From: a bacterium
GTDB lineage: Bacteria > UBA8248
Assembly (NCBI GenBank): GCA_965200245.1
Contig: CBDATS010000002.1
Coordinates: forward strand, 192,001 to 256,000
Reading direction: 5' to 3'
Length of the DNA stretch: 64,000 bases
Shown piece after piece: positions 24,444 to 34,343 of this stretch; the stretch's first letter is position 1, and each line of letters starts with the position of its first letter. Below the pieces are notes generated by a model, which worked only from the letters and a program-made list of their open reading frames with translations, ran no database searches and was not told where the DNA came from. The position numbers and the translations under genes are program-made.

Positions 24444-24839
24444 TCATTTTTTCTTCTTGATCAAGCTGAACGTCACCCTTTCCGTCCGATAAGACACGGT
24501 ACGTCTGACGGGCAAATATCCTTTCCTCTGAACCAATACGGTAAAGCCCTTGAAGACGTCACCCATACCCACCTTAAATTTCAGCCGCAAAGGTGTCTTG
24601 CCCTGGTAAACATCGTTAATGAAAACATCGGCCTGCGGAGGATTCGAAATCACAGTCAATTGACGATCCTTGAATCCTTTGACCGGTTTTTCAACATTCC
24701 GCTCCCACCATTTGCCAACCTGGTTCCTGGTTTTGGCACATCCACTCAGACCCGGAAGAAGCAAGAGGAACAGGCTGAAACCCAGGACAAGCCGCAATGC
24801 AGGTTTATTTCGAATTTGCCCGTTTGATTTTCGACACAT
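24444..24839 (-). CDS. PEGA-domain lipoprotein
   Basis: Lipobox LSGC and the PEGA motif SNPPQADVFIND...GKTP. Confidence 0.75.
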   Translation of the reverse strand: MCRKSNGQIRNKPALRLVLGFSLFLLLLPGLSGCAKTRNQVGKWWERNVEKPVKGFKDRQLTVISNPPQADVFINDVYQGKTPLRLKFKVGMGDVFKGFTVLVQRKGYLPVRRTVSYRTERVTFSLIKKKK

Positions 24840-24965
24840 ATCGAAACCCTAAGAAAATCCTTCGCTCACAAAGCGCCGCACAACCACGAATAATGTTCAC
24901 TTACCTCAAAAATCTTTGGAAAAGAAATCATTGTACAATGATTCCGCTAATTTGGCAGCCATCAA

Positions 24966-25889
24966 CTAGGCAGACGGGTCACCCACTTTCTGCCCAGACC
25001 ATTCTTCAAACATCTGCAGCAATTCCGTTTGGTCCGAATCAGGGCCAAATTTCTGCACACCCAGACCGTAGATCTGCCGGGCATGGTTCAGATAAAACGC
25101 CGCCACACCGTTTTCGCGCGCCAAATCGCTCCCCATCGAAAGGTCCTTGTGCATCAACCCAGTGGAAAATCCACAGGTAAAGTCTCGCGGCAGAAGAAAG
25201 CGAGGCCACTTGTCTTTTGTCGCGCTGTTCATGCCCGAACCGCCATTTAGAACCTGAAGCACTTTTTCGGAGTCAAGGCCCAATTTCTTCGCCAGGACCA
25301 TGGCCTCCATAGAGGAGAGCAAGCTCGTGGCAGAGAGAAAATTATTCACGCATTTCATGGCATGTCCAGATTCCGGCGCCTCATCGATATGAACAATTGT
25401 CTTGCCCAGTGTTTCGAAAACAGGCATCGCCGCATCCACCATCTCCTTTGGACCGCCCGGCATGATCGCCAGGGTCGCCGCTTCCGCCCCCACGACGCCG
25501 CCGGAGACCGGCGCGCCGATAAGGTGCAGGTCCTTTTCCCCTACCCGTGAGGCAATAGCTCGCGTCCTCGTGGGATAGGAAGAACTCATGTCGATTATCA
25601 ATTTTCCCTTACCAAGGTGCGTGGATATTCCGTCCGGCCCATCGACCACCCTGTCCACGACATTGCTGTCTGGCAGCATCGTGATGACGACATCGACGCG
25701 ACTTGCAAGATCGGCCAAACTGTCAGCTTTTTGAACACCATCGTCTCGCAATGCCTCGACATTTTCCGGTCGCGTGTCATAGCCGACAACCGTATAGTCG
25801 CCACGTCTCAAATTCTTCGACATGGGCGTTCCCATTTTTCCAATGCCAATAAAACCAATCGTTACACTTCCTGGCCCCAGAGTTTTCAT
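24966..25889 (-). CDS. NAD(P)-dependent beta-hydroxyacid dehydrogenase (MmsB/GarR family)
   Basis: GFIGIGKMG, DMSS, APVSGG, catalytic K in AMKCVNN, LMHKD. Confidence 0.9.
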   Translation of the reverse strand: MKTLGPGSVTIGFIGIGKMGTPMSKNLRRGDYTVVGYDTRPENVEALRDDGVQKADSLADLASRVDVVITMLPDSNVVDRVVDGPDGISTHLGKGKLIIDMSSSYPTRTRAIASRVGEKDLHLIGAPVSGGVVGAEAATLAIMPGGPKEMVDAAMPVFETLGKTIVHIDEAPESGHAMKCVNNFLSATSLLSSMEAMVLAKKLGLDSEKVLQVLNGGSGMNSATKDKWPRFLLPRDFTCGFSTGLMHKDLSMGSDLARENGVAAFYLNHARQIYGLGVQKFGPDSDQTELLQMFEEWSGQKVGDPSA

Positions 25890-26064
25890 GATTTCCTCGC
25901 TAACTAGGATGCAAATTATTTTTGACGCCGCTACTCCGTAGCATGTTTTCATTCGCTCTGAAGTTTTTGTCAATCCCCGGCCTTAGTGTTAAGCTTCAAT
26001 GATAGATATTCGCTTCTTGTATCAACCCGCCCTTCGTTTTCCCGTATCCTCAAGGAGATCCGAA

Positions 26065-26811
26065 ATGGCGCCGATTTCGGCGGACGATGTTGTATGCTAT
26101 CTGGAAGAGAATCCCGGGTTCTTCATTGAACATCCAGACTCGCTTCGCCAAAGTGGCCTGCTGACACAGGACAGCCCTTCAGCAAAGGTTCTGAACCTAA
26201 GGAACAAACTTTTCGACCGCCTGAAAGGCGAAAGAGAAGATTTGATACGACTTCTCGATGAAACAATAGCAACTGTTCGCCAGAATGAACAGATAGAAAA
26301 AGACTTCATCGCCATTGAACAACTTCTCTTCGCGCAGGCACCCTCATTCGTCGGCCTCACGGAACTCGTGAAAAACATCGAATCACGCTTTGGAATTGAA
26401 TACGCGGGCTTTCTGCTTCTGGAACCCGTCGACGGCATTCCGGTGATCGCGGCAAATCCTGACGAATCATCCCGCATTCGCCCACTCGGCAAAATAGAAG
26501 AAGAACTAGTCCCCATGGAGGGGGGAGTTGTGCTGAAAGGCAGCCTGGAGGGTGGCGGAGGCCCGTTGTTCCCAAGTGCCTTTAGTCAAAGTATTCAATC
26601 GACCGCTATCGTTCCATTGGAAATCAATGAGAGAAAAATCGGTTTTCTCATATTGGGTTCGAAAGACCCTGAGCGATATCAAGAAGGGATGGCAACCCAC
26701 CTACTCAGGCGCCTTGCTATGCGCCTGGCCCTGGGAATATCCATCTTTCAGCAATTCAACAAATGCGACTCCGGCTCAACAAATGCGACTCCGGCAAAAG
26801 CGGGCCATTGA
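26065..26811 (+). CDS. DUF484 (YigA-like) GAF-domain protein
   Basis: VVCYLEENPGFFIEHP N-terminus, STAIVPL, LGSKDPERY, GMATHLL. RBS AAGGAG upstream. Confidence 0.8.
   Translation: MAPISADDVVCYLEENPGFFIEHPDSLRQSGLLTQDSPSAKVLNLRNKLFDRLKGEREDLIRLLDETIATVRQNEQIEKDFIAIEQLLFAQAPSFVGLTELVKNIESRFGIEYAGFLLLEPVDGIPVIAANPDESSRIRPLGKIEEELVPMEGGVVLKGSLEGGGGPLFPSAFSQSIQSTAIVPLEINERKIGFLILGSKDPERYQEGMATHLLRRLAMRLALGISIFQQFNKCDSGSTNATPAKAGH
26756..26795. repeat. 20-bp exact tandem duplication (2 copies)
   Basis: TCAACAAATGCGACTCCGGC twice, near the 3' end of the DUF484 gene. Confidence 0.9.
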
Positions 26812-26857
26812 AACCAACATCATCCCGCAAGGAGCCTTCGTAGTCCGTGGCGGGTCT

Positions 26858-28236
26858 TCAGGCTGGAACACGTTCCGCCTTGCAGACAAGTTCCATCACC
26901 TCGGAGATGCTATCGAGATTTTCCAGATTCCTCACCCGCTCGATGAGCAAGTCACCCGTTTCCCTTTCGAGCACAGGAGCCGTCATTACCTGAAATCGTT
27001 CAATTAACTCATCCCAGGACAACGGATTCCGAGAATCTCCTTTGGGATAATCCTGATGCGCGTCAAAAACGCCCCGATCCGTCTCGATTTCGACATGCGC
27101 TTGCCACTTGTCCGGAAATTCCTTTTCCATTTCGGCGTCACCACAGCATTCGATTTTCCTGATGATGGAGGAGTACACCTGGGAACGCAGGAAATCGTCC
27201 GCATACTCATCAAGCCCCGCAGCGCGCCTGAGGATTGCTACGGCCACGGCGTATTGAAGGCTGAACTGGGCTGCGGATTCGTTTTCACATCACAGGGCTC
27301 GATGACCACCATCACACTCGTCTCAGGAACCCGAACCTTTACCCGCCTGATTTCCTCAGGCTGAATATCATGCGTTTTGCAAACTTCGATTGTGGCGTCA
27401 ATCGAAGCATGGTTATAGCGACAGCATGCATAGGGCTTTATGGCACTCTCGCAAATTTCCCAATACTCGCCAAAGTGCTCCACCACATACTCAGGCGTAT
27501 AATCATCACTGTGGCCATGCAAAAATCCCGTCTTGCCACCTAAGATATCTTCCGGCCCCGTATATCCCTCCAGGGCCAGATATGCTGCGATAATGCCGCT
27601 ATGCGCCGCCCATCCCGGGTGAAACCTCTTCGTCCAGGCGCCGTTATCGAGGTATTGCATCGAACCCGCCGCCTGGCTGCCCGCAATGCCCATTGCATTG
27701 GAGGTGGCTTCTGCAGACAACCCCAAAAGCTTCGATGAGGTAATCGCAGAGGCGAAGGTCCCGCATGTACCGGTGGGATGAAACCCACGCTCATAGTGGC
27801 TTGTCGGGTTTACGGCGTTTCCAATCCGATTGGTGACTTCATAACCTGCCACGATGGCGGCAATTACTCTCTTTGGATCGGGTTGATGCGCCTCGGCGAC
27901 TGCCAATGTACTGGGCATGACACTGACTGCGGGATGCAGACTCGATCGGGTGGTCACATCATCCATTTCCGTGGCGTGGCTCACGCCGCCGTTCACCAGC
28001 GCGGCATGAGGAGCGTCGGTTTTCAAAGCCGAGCCGATGATGGTGCATGGTCCGCCGCGAGGGGCGCGTTTCTCGGCGAAATTGTGAAATATCCGGGAAC
28101 TTGCCGCTTCCACCGCTCTCAATGTTACGCCGAAGTGGTCGAGCAGAAAGTATTTCGCGCGTTCCCTGGCCTCATCGGGCAGAGATTCATAGGTAATGGC
28201 GTGAACGTGCTCGACAAGCATGCGGCTGATATTCAT
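26858..28236 (-). pseudogene. MmgE/PrpD family protein, frameshifted near 27270
   Basis: The N-terminal ORF (EMDD, HP, GFHPTG, KRFHPG, KPYACCRYNH) shifts frame just before the conserved AQFSLQYAVA. The C-terminal frame carries PKGDSRNPLS. Confidence 0.85.
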
Positions 28237-28467
28237 TCGAATTCTCCTTCACAGGAATCCAATGTGTGATTTCAGGTTTTCCGCCCGCGATTACACCAAT
28301 ATTTTCACATTCGGGAAAAGTCTACCAGAACTCCCGTACATCTTGCCCTGCAGTTGAAATAGAAAACTGAGCCAGGACCCCGGGACTATGATGCGTTTGT
28401 CATGGGGCATCGCTTGCAGATAGAATTATCCATCTTTCATACACTCTCGTCGCATTGGAGACAAACA

Positions 28468-28812
28468 ATGCAATCCTGCGTATTTTGCAAAATCGTAGCC
28501 GGCGAGATTCCCTCCAAGAAAGTTTACGAGGATGACGCATTGCTTGCATTTGAAGACGTCAACCCGGCGGCTCCGGTACATATTCTGATCATCCCGAAAA
28601 AACACATGGAAACGCTCCACGAAATACAGGATGCGGACAAGAAACTGATCGGGTCGATATTCATTGCGGCGAATGAAATCACCCGGAAAAAAGGGATAGC
28701 ACAGGAGGGTTTTCGAATCGTCGCGAACTGCGGAGAAAACGGAGGCCAAACGGTCTTTCACATCCATTTTCACCTGCTAGGCGGACGCCGTATGGAATGG
28801 CCACCGGGCTAG
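28468..28812 (+). CDS. hinT: Histidine triad nucleotide-binding protein
   Basis: CVFCKI, GQTVFHIHFHLLGGR, WPPG. Confidence 0.95.
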   Translation: MQSCVFCKIVAGEIPSKKVYEDDALLAFEDVNPAAPVHILIIPKKHMETLHEIQDADKKLIGSIFIAANEITRKKGIAQEGFRIVANCGENGGQTVFHIHFHLLGGRRMEWPPG

Positions 28813-28859
28813 CAGCCGAATCTCCACAACTCGCCCCCCCGAATTGATCAAAAACGTCA

Positions 28860-28882
28860 CGGGACCACTTGTCGTGGTCCCG
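28860..28882. terminator. Stem-loop between convergent hinT and mnmA (possible bidirectional terminator)
   Basis: CGGGACCAC-TTGTC-GTGGTCCCG, a perfect 9-bp stem; no clear U-tract. Confidence 0.5.
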
Positions 28883-28918
28883 CGCAAAGGCAGCCGAGAC
28901 GAAAAGGTTCGCACCATC

Positions 28919-29986
28919 CTAGGCCACCCACCCTCCGCCGTATAGAACGTCGCCGGAATAGAACACTGCTGCCTGACCCGGCGCTACGGCTCCCAGGACA
29001 GTGGGGTCATGGGGCCTGATTTCGACCATACCACCGCTTCTGAGAATTACTTCGCAGGGAGTCGTACGGCCCCGGTGCCTCACCTGGACTTCCAGGGGAA
29101 CGGATCCGGGGGGAATGGACCAGTGCACATCCCTGGCGAAGAACACCTCGCGTGCGAGGGCATCACGCTTGCCCACCACCACAGTCGCCGAGTTCGCTTC
29201 AAGTTCCACCACGTAGCGCGGCGGGCCGCCTCCCAAGTCCAGACCCCGCCTCTGTCCCACGGTGAAGTTCGTCACTCCTCCGTGCCTGCCGAGTACGTTT
29301 CCCTCCAAATCCACGATGTCGCCCGGCCTGTCGATGCCTGGTTTTTCATCCTTGAGGAAAGCGCGGTAATCGTCTCTCGGAACGAAGCATATCTCCTGGC
29401 TCTCCGGTTTATCCGCGGTGGCGAGACCCAGTTTGCGCGCGTATTCCCTCGTTCGTTCCTTTGTGAACTCCCCCAGGGGGAAGCACGTGCGCACGAGTTG
29501 TTCCTCTGTCATGCCGAAAAGGAAGTAGGTTTGATCCTTTTCCCTATCAAGACTTCTTGCGACGCCCTGGCGGCCATCTATCTCCACCCGTCTGGCGTAA
29601 TGGCCCGTCACGAGCAGTTCCGCACCGAACGCCATCGCCCGCTCGGCCAAGTAGTCGAACTTCACCACCTGGTTGCATTTGACACACGGCACGGGTGTCC
29701 TGCCACTCTCATATTCGGAGATGAAGTCTTCGATCACGCTCTGCTTGAAGGACTTGCGCACGTCCATCACGTAGAAGTGAATGTCGAGTTGGGCCGCCAC
29801 GGCGCGGGCGTCTGCCAGATCGCGCGGTGCGCAACAACCCCTGTGGAACGACTCCTGTGCGGGCCTGTCGGTGAGGCGCAGTCCCACGCCGATGGTCTCA
29901 TGACCCGCCTCTACCATGAGGGCCGCAGCGACGGAACTGTCCACGCCGCCGCTCATCGCCACCACTACTCGCTTCTTCATCGCCAC
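28919..29986 (-). CDS. mnmA: tRNA 2-thiouridine synthase MnmA
   Basis: AMSGGVDSS, GRTPVPCVKCN, TGHYAR, KDQTYFL, ESQEICF, TVGQRRG, APGQAAV. Confidence 0.97.
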   Translation of the reverse strand: MAMKKRVVVAMSGGVDSSVAAALMVEAGHETIGVGLRLTDRPAQESFHRGCCAPRDLADARAVAAQLDIHFYVMDVRKSFKQSVIEDFISEYESGRTPVPCVKCNQVVKFDYLAERAMAFGAELLVTGHYARRVEIDGRQGVARSLDREKDQTYFLFGMTEEQLVRTCFPLGEFTKERTREYARKLGLATADKPESQEICFVPRDDYRAFLKDEKPGIDRPGDIVDLEGNVLGRHGGVTNFTVGQRRGLDLGGGPPRYVVELEANSATVVVGKRDALAREVFFARDVHWSIPPGSVPLEVQVRHRGRTTPCEVILRSGGMVEIRPHDPTVLGAVAPGQAAVFYSGDVLYGGGWVA

Positions 29987-30267
29987 CTCTGGATGATACC
30001 GTCCAAAACCAAGCCTCGTTATATACTACGTGCTTCACCCAAGACTACAGGGCACAGGGAGATGGCCCATCAGCCGCAGGGCGAGTTGTGCGCAAATGCT
30101 CCGGGGGAGAAAAATGCTTATCCAAGAAATTAGGCATACTAAACAGGTTTGGGCAAATTGTATAAATTCCTTTTTTAATTTTGGACTCTTCTGAATTCCG
30201 CTAAGTTGTTTTGCTACCACCCAATTGGGATCATCCATTCATGCGCTATCACGAAGAGGAAGTGGAA

Positions 30268-31610
30268 ATGTTCAAGAATATAGCAGCGTTTTTCCTGGCG
30301 ACAATTCTTGCTTTGGGTTGCGGTGGAGGCGGCGGTTCGAGCACGCCTCGACGCCCGGCCATTCTTCCCGAAATACCGCTGCAAACTACTTCCCATGCAC
30401 CTCAGGCGCCGATCGTTGATTTTAGTGGCACACTGCATGTCGGCAGCGGGGTTAAACCAGAGATAAACCAACTTGAAAAAGCAGGTGTACGCGGAGAAAT
30501 ATCCATCTCCTCCGGTCATGTGCAAGACGGTGTGGGTTTGAACACTCTCCTGATGTTTGGAATAGAGGTGGCAATAGATGGGGGGCAACTTTGGGGCCTG
30601 CCAACGTTTCCAAATCCACCGGTCGTTCGTATAGCAAGAGGAACCAGCGACGAACATATCAGTCACGCGGTGCGCACCGTTCAGGTTATCAACGCCTCCC
30701 TGCCTCACGACAGGCGGATATCGTTCAGCGACAACCCTGCGCCCCCCTTGGTCACCGTTGATAATGTTCCACAAGGAGAGATTTTCATCGACTTTGCACC
30801 GAAGAGAGACTAGAACATATCCACCTCTCCACCTGAAACGACGATTGGACTTTCGGAAAACCAAACGTATCCGACAATCGGGGAAGGAGGGATATCTTCA
30901 AGAATAAATCGTTCTCATATTTGGGTCGATAGCGAAATGATCAAGGATTTTTCCGATGAACGAATAATTTGGGTCCTGGCGCATGAACTTCTTCATTCCA
31001 TTGGCATTTCAGGACACATCGATCCAGGACATTTTCCCGATTCGGTAATGCGTGCCCAAGTGCCCCGTGAATTTTCCAGTCACATTCTTGGAGCAATAGA
31101 TAGAGAGGCAATCCTCGGGCTTTACAGCAGTCTTGAGCCGGGCGAGTGGACCAATACGTCGTTTCACATTCGCGGGGATTTGAGTGTTCCGGGCGGCGAT
31201 GTTTCTTTCGGCGCCGCCTTCAGGAACGGCTTGGTGCAACCCTGGGCATCGGGCCCGACACCGTGGACGAACCTGACGGGTAACCGGGCATTGTCGGGGA
31301 CCGTAACCTGGACTGGCGGATTTTGGGTATCACGCCATCGGCGGAAACTGTCGCTGGCGATTCCCGGCTTCTAGTCAATCTGGCGGACCTCGACGGACAA
31401 CTTGATTTCACCGATATGCAGTTCAATGACGGCAGAGCGTGGGGGCATGGCGGCCTCAATTATTCGGTCGAGGTACGCGGCAACACTTTCGTTCAGACTG
31501 GCGGTGATGTCGGTCGAGTCACCGGCGCGTTCTTCGGACCCCAGCACGAAGGCATCGGCGGTGTGGTTGAACGCCATGACCTCAATGCTGCGTTTGGAGG
31601 AAAACGATGA
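30268..31610 (+). pseudogene. Lipoprotein with zincin motif and TbpB-like C-terminal barrel; in-frame TAG at 30811 and frameshift near 31320
   Basis: Lipobox LGCGGGGGS. The frame after the TAG is open into the HELLHSIGISGH ORF. WTGG/LLGITP marks the shift, and the end reads GAFFGPQHEGIGG...AAFGGKR. Confidence 0.7.
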
Positions 31611-31658
31611 ACTGACAGCAGTTCGGGCATTGCTAACCTGCCCGATAGTTTTGATAAG

Positions 31659-31877
31659 GTGATAATATGCAATGGTCCCGACATGGCGTTCGAGTTCCCG
31701 ACCGAAAAGAGAGCACATGAAATGTGCGATAAGTTGATACATCTCGACCGCGACTTGGTGCTTTCTCGGGAGAAACAAATGCGATTCACGGTGAGGCCCG
31801 AGAAATCCGGCAACCAATACTGGGCAATCCATGATAAATTGGAGCAACGGGTTGTTTCGATTCACGAGGAGTTTTAG
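31659..31877 (+). CDS. Small hypothetical protein
   Basis: Short ORF with AAGGTG upstream; no recognisable motif. Confidence 0.3.
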   Translation: MIICNGPDMAFEFPTEKRAHEMCDKLIHLDRDLVLSREKQMRFTVRPEKSGNQYWAIHDKLEQRVVSIHEEF

Positions 31878-31944
31878 GGCGTGAGTATCACCAAGTGCAT
31901 AATATTGCAGACAGGATGAACGAGAAAGAAGAAAGGGTATAAGG

Positions 31945-32139
31945 ATGGACTGGAACCTGATTATATCAGCTGCTCCGACATATATAATGGTTGTCACCAT
32001 GTGGTATGGGATCTATTACATGAACAGGGGTACAGAGAAACGATCTGAAGACTCCATGAGAGTTCATGAAGAAGCCATGAAAAAACATGAGGAATCCATG
32101 GTGGCACTTCGGGCCTTGATTGAGCGAACGCGAGGGTAA
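31945..32139 (+). CDS. Small single-TM coiled-coil protein
   Basis: Purine-rich RBS, hydrophobic N-terminal helix and a repeated HEE(A/S)M pattern. Confidence 0.6.
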   Translation: MDWNLIISAAPTYIMVVTMWYGIYYMNRGTEKRSEDSMRVHEEAMKKHEESMVALRALIERTRG

Positions 32140-32356
32140 GGAAACCATAAATCCTGGGATGATTTCCCGGATTATACGGAGAGCACTTCTTCTATTCTGG
32201 ATCCAAGTCATCTCAGAAAGAATTCTGAATGATTAGGTGTAAGGGAAAGAAGAAGGGAAATACCACCGAAGGAAAGGCTGACTCCCGATTATTCAGATGA
32301 ATTCAATGAAGAATTTTTCTCCACAGTTCCAGGCGGGCCGATTGCGGAGATGAACG

Positions 32357-33490
32357 TCAGGATTTTCTTCTGAGTTGCGCTCTCTTGCTGCCTGCGCCTT
32401 CGCTGTGCGCCTCGCCTTTACGGCGGTGTCGGATAAGTTCGGCGACGATGGCGACTCCGATTTCGCCCGGCGTATCGGCACCGATATCAAGACCTATAGG
32501 CGCATGTACTCGCTCGATGAGTTCACCCCTGTCATAACCCTTGTCCTGGAGGTGGCGATACGTGAGCAGCACCTTGCTCTTCGAGCCTATCATTCCGATG
32601 TAGCGCACGTCGGTCTTCATCGCCCACTCAAGGACGACCTCGTCGTTCGCATGCCCTCTGGTAATGATAGCCATATAGTCGGACTCATCAACGGGGATTT
32701 TCTCGAAAATCTCTGGAAATTCCCCCACGTAGAACGATTCCGCCATCGGGAAGCGCTCCTTGTTGGCGAACGAAGGCCTGTCCTCGACGACCGAAACGCG
32801 GAATCCCGCGAGATAAGCCGCCTGCGCGACGCAAAACGACACGTGTCCGCCGCCGAATATATACACGAGGGGCTGGCCGGAGATAGGTTCGACAAAAATT
32901 TCAGTCGTGTCCGTGAGCTTCGAGCGCTTTTCTCCCGCGTTCGTGAACTGCATGAGCGTGGGACTGCCATTCCGGATGATTCGGGTGCTCTCCGCCCAGA
33001 CTTCCGTTGAATAGTCGGGAATCTCGCCAACGGCGCTGCCGTCACGCCGGAAGAGCATCTTTCTGTTCTTCGTATCCGGCACGTCGATATCGCCCGGCTG
33101 AACGATGGTCGCCAGCGCCGCGCTGCCACCCTCGGTTCTGATGCGGTTGATCTCTTCGAGCAACTCTTCCTGAAACGCCTGAAACGGCTCCACAAGTATC
33201 TCCACCACGCCACCGCAGATGTGCCCGCTGTCTTCGGCTTCTTGCTGGGTGAGGTCAAAGCGGAGCTTTTCAGGTGCACCCGTCTCAAGGACGCTCATGG
33301 CAGTTTCCCACACTTCGGCCTCAAGACAGCCACCGCCTACGGTACCCTCCGTGCTACCGTCCTCGCGCACGAGCATCTTCGCGTCGCCGCTCATGGGCGC
33401 GGACCCCTTGCGGGCCACGACGGTGGCGAGCGCGCCGCTCTGGCCTTCTTCCTTGAGCCTTGCCATCTCCCTGAAAACGTCCTTGCCCAT
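32357..33490 (-). CDS. xdhC: XdhC/CoxF family molybdoenzyme maturation factor
   Basis: GSAP, GTVGGGCLE, GHICGG, a second CoxI-like repeat, FGGGHV, TRGH, YIGMIGS, PIGLDIGADTP. Confidence 0.92.
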   Translation of the reverse strand: MGKDVFREMARLKEEGQSGALATVVARKGSAPMSGDAKMLVREDGSTEGTVGGGCLEAEVWETAMSVLETGAPEKLRFDLTQQEAEDSGHICGGVVEILVEPFQAFQEELLEEINRIRTEGGSAALATIVQPGDIDVPDTKNRKMLFRRDGSAVGEIPDYSTEVWAESTRIIRNGSPTLMQFTNAGEKRSKLTDTTEIFVEPISGQPLVYIFGGGHVSFCVAQAAYLAGFRVSVVEDRPSFANKERFPMAESFYVGEFPEIFEKIPVDESDYMAIITRGHANDEVVLEWAMKTDVRYIGMIGSKSKVLLTYRHLQDKGYDRGELIERVHAPIGLDIGADTPGEIGVAIVAELIRHRRKGEAHSEGAGSKRAQLRRKS

Positions 33491-33521
33491 TCCTTTCTCC
33501 GCCTACGTGAAATAACGCCCT

Positions 33522-34343
33522 CTACGGCGTGATCCGCAGGATAACTTTACATTCGCTGTTCATACAAGACGTGAAGAGAATGCCGTCCGCCAAACCATGA
33601 GGCTTGCCAGCCAATTCCCATACAGTATAGGCCGTTTTTTCGAGTTTTTCCAGTGAAGTTTCCAAATCCGTCTTGTTGATGACGATCCACTTGCGCGCAC
33701 TGGCCCCGACCCTTCGGAAAAGACCATCGGGATGCGCGCACAGCCTCCCGATTACCTCCGCAGTTATCTCCCCGCCCGCATCCAGTCCGCAGATTCGCGC
33801 CAGCGCTTCAGGGCGAAAGACGTGCTCTGCGCTCAAGGGCGTGCCCAGTGCATCCAGTCCTACGACGCCAAGTACCGTGTCCAGGCTTTCGGGCAGTACG
33901 GGTTCATCGGGACCCGGCGCCTTGATGGGCAATCTTCTCGCCCCGTCCGCCTCGATAAGCGTGATCGCGTCGGTGAGCTTCAAACCAGCGGTTTCATGAG
34001 GCGCGAAGCCGCTCAGCTTCATGCGCCGCTCGCCCTCCTGACCCGGAACCGGGGAGTTGCCCTCGCGCCTGCGGGCGATCCAGGACATGCCGCAAGCATC
34101 CATATAGGTGCGGAGGTTCCTGGCGAGCGTTTCGGCATCACCCAGGGCGAGGTGGATTCTTTCTTCGGAAAGTGGCGCGAATATCTTCGTCGTCGTCGTG
34201 AGAATCGCAGGTTTTCCGCTTTGAGCGTGAAACTCCCTGGCGATGGCCGTCAGCAGGCTCGTTTTTCCGCCTGCGCCGACAGCCGCGACGCTCTGCCCCG
34301 GATTTATACCGAGGGAGAGAACGACACCTTGTTGCGCTACCAA
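33522..34343 (-). CDS. yqeC: Selenium cofactor biosynthesis protein YqeC
   Basis: VGAGGKTS, TTTTKI, IEADGARRLPIKAP...EPVLP, HPDGLF, INK. Confidence 0.9.
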   Translation of the reverse strand: MVAQQGVVLSLGINPGQSVAAVGAGGKTSLLTAIAREFHAQSGKPAILTTTTKIFAPLSEERIHLALGDAETLARNLRTYMDACGMSWIARRREGNSPVPGQEGERRMKLSGFAPHETAGLKLTDAITLIEADGARRLPIKAPGPDEPVLPESLDTVLGVVGLDALGTPLSAEHVFRPEALARICGLDAGGEITAEVIGRLCAHPDGLFRRVGASARKWIVINKTDLETSLEKLEKTAYTVWELAGKPHGLADGILFTSCMNSECKVILRITP

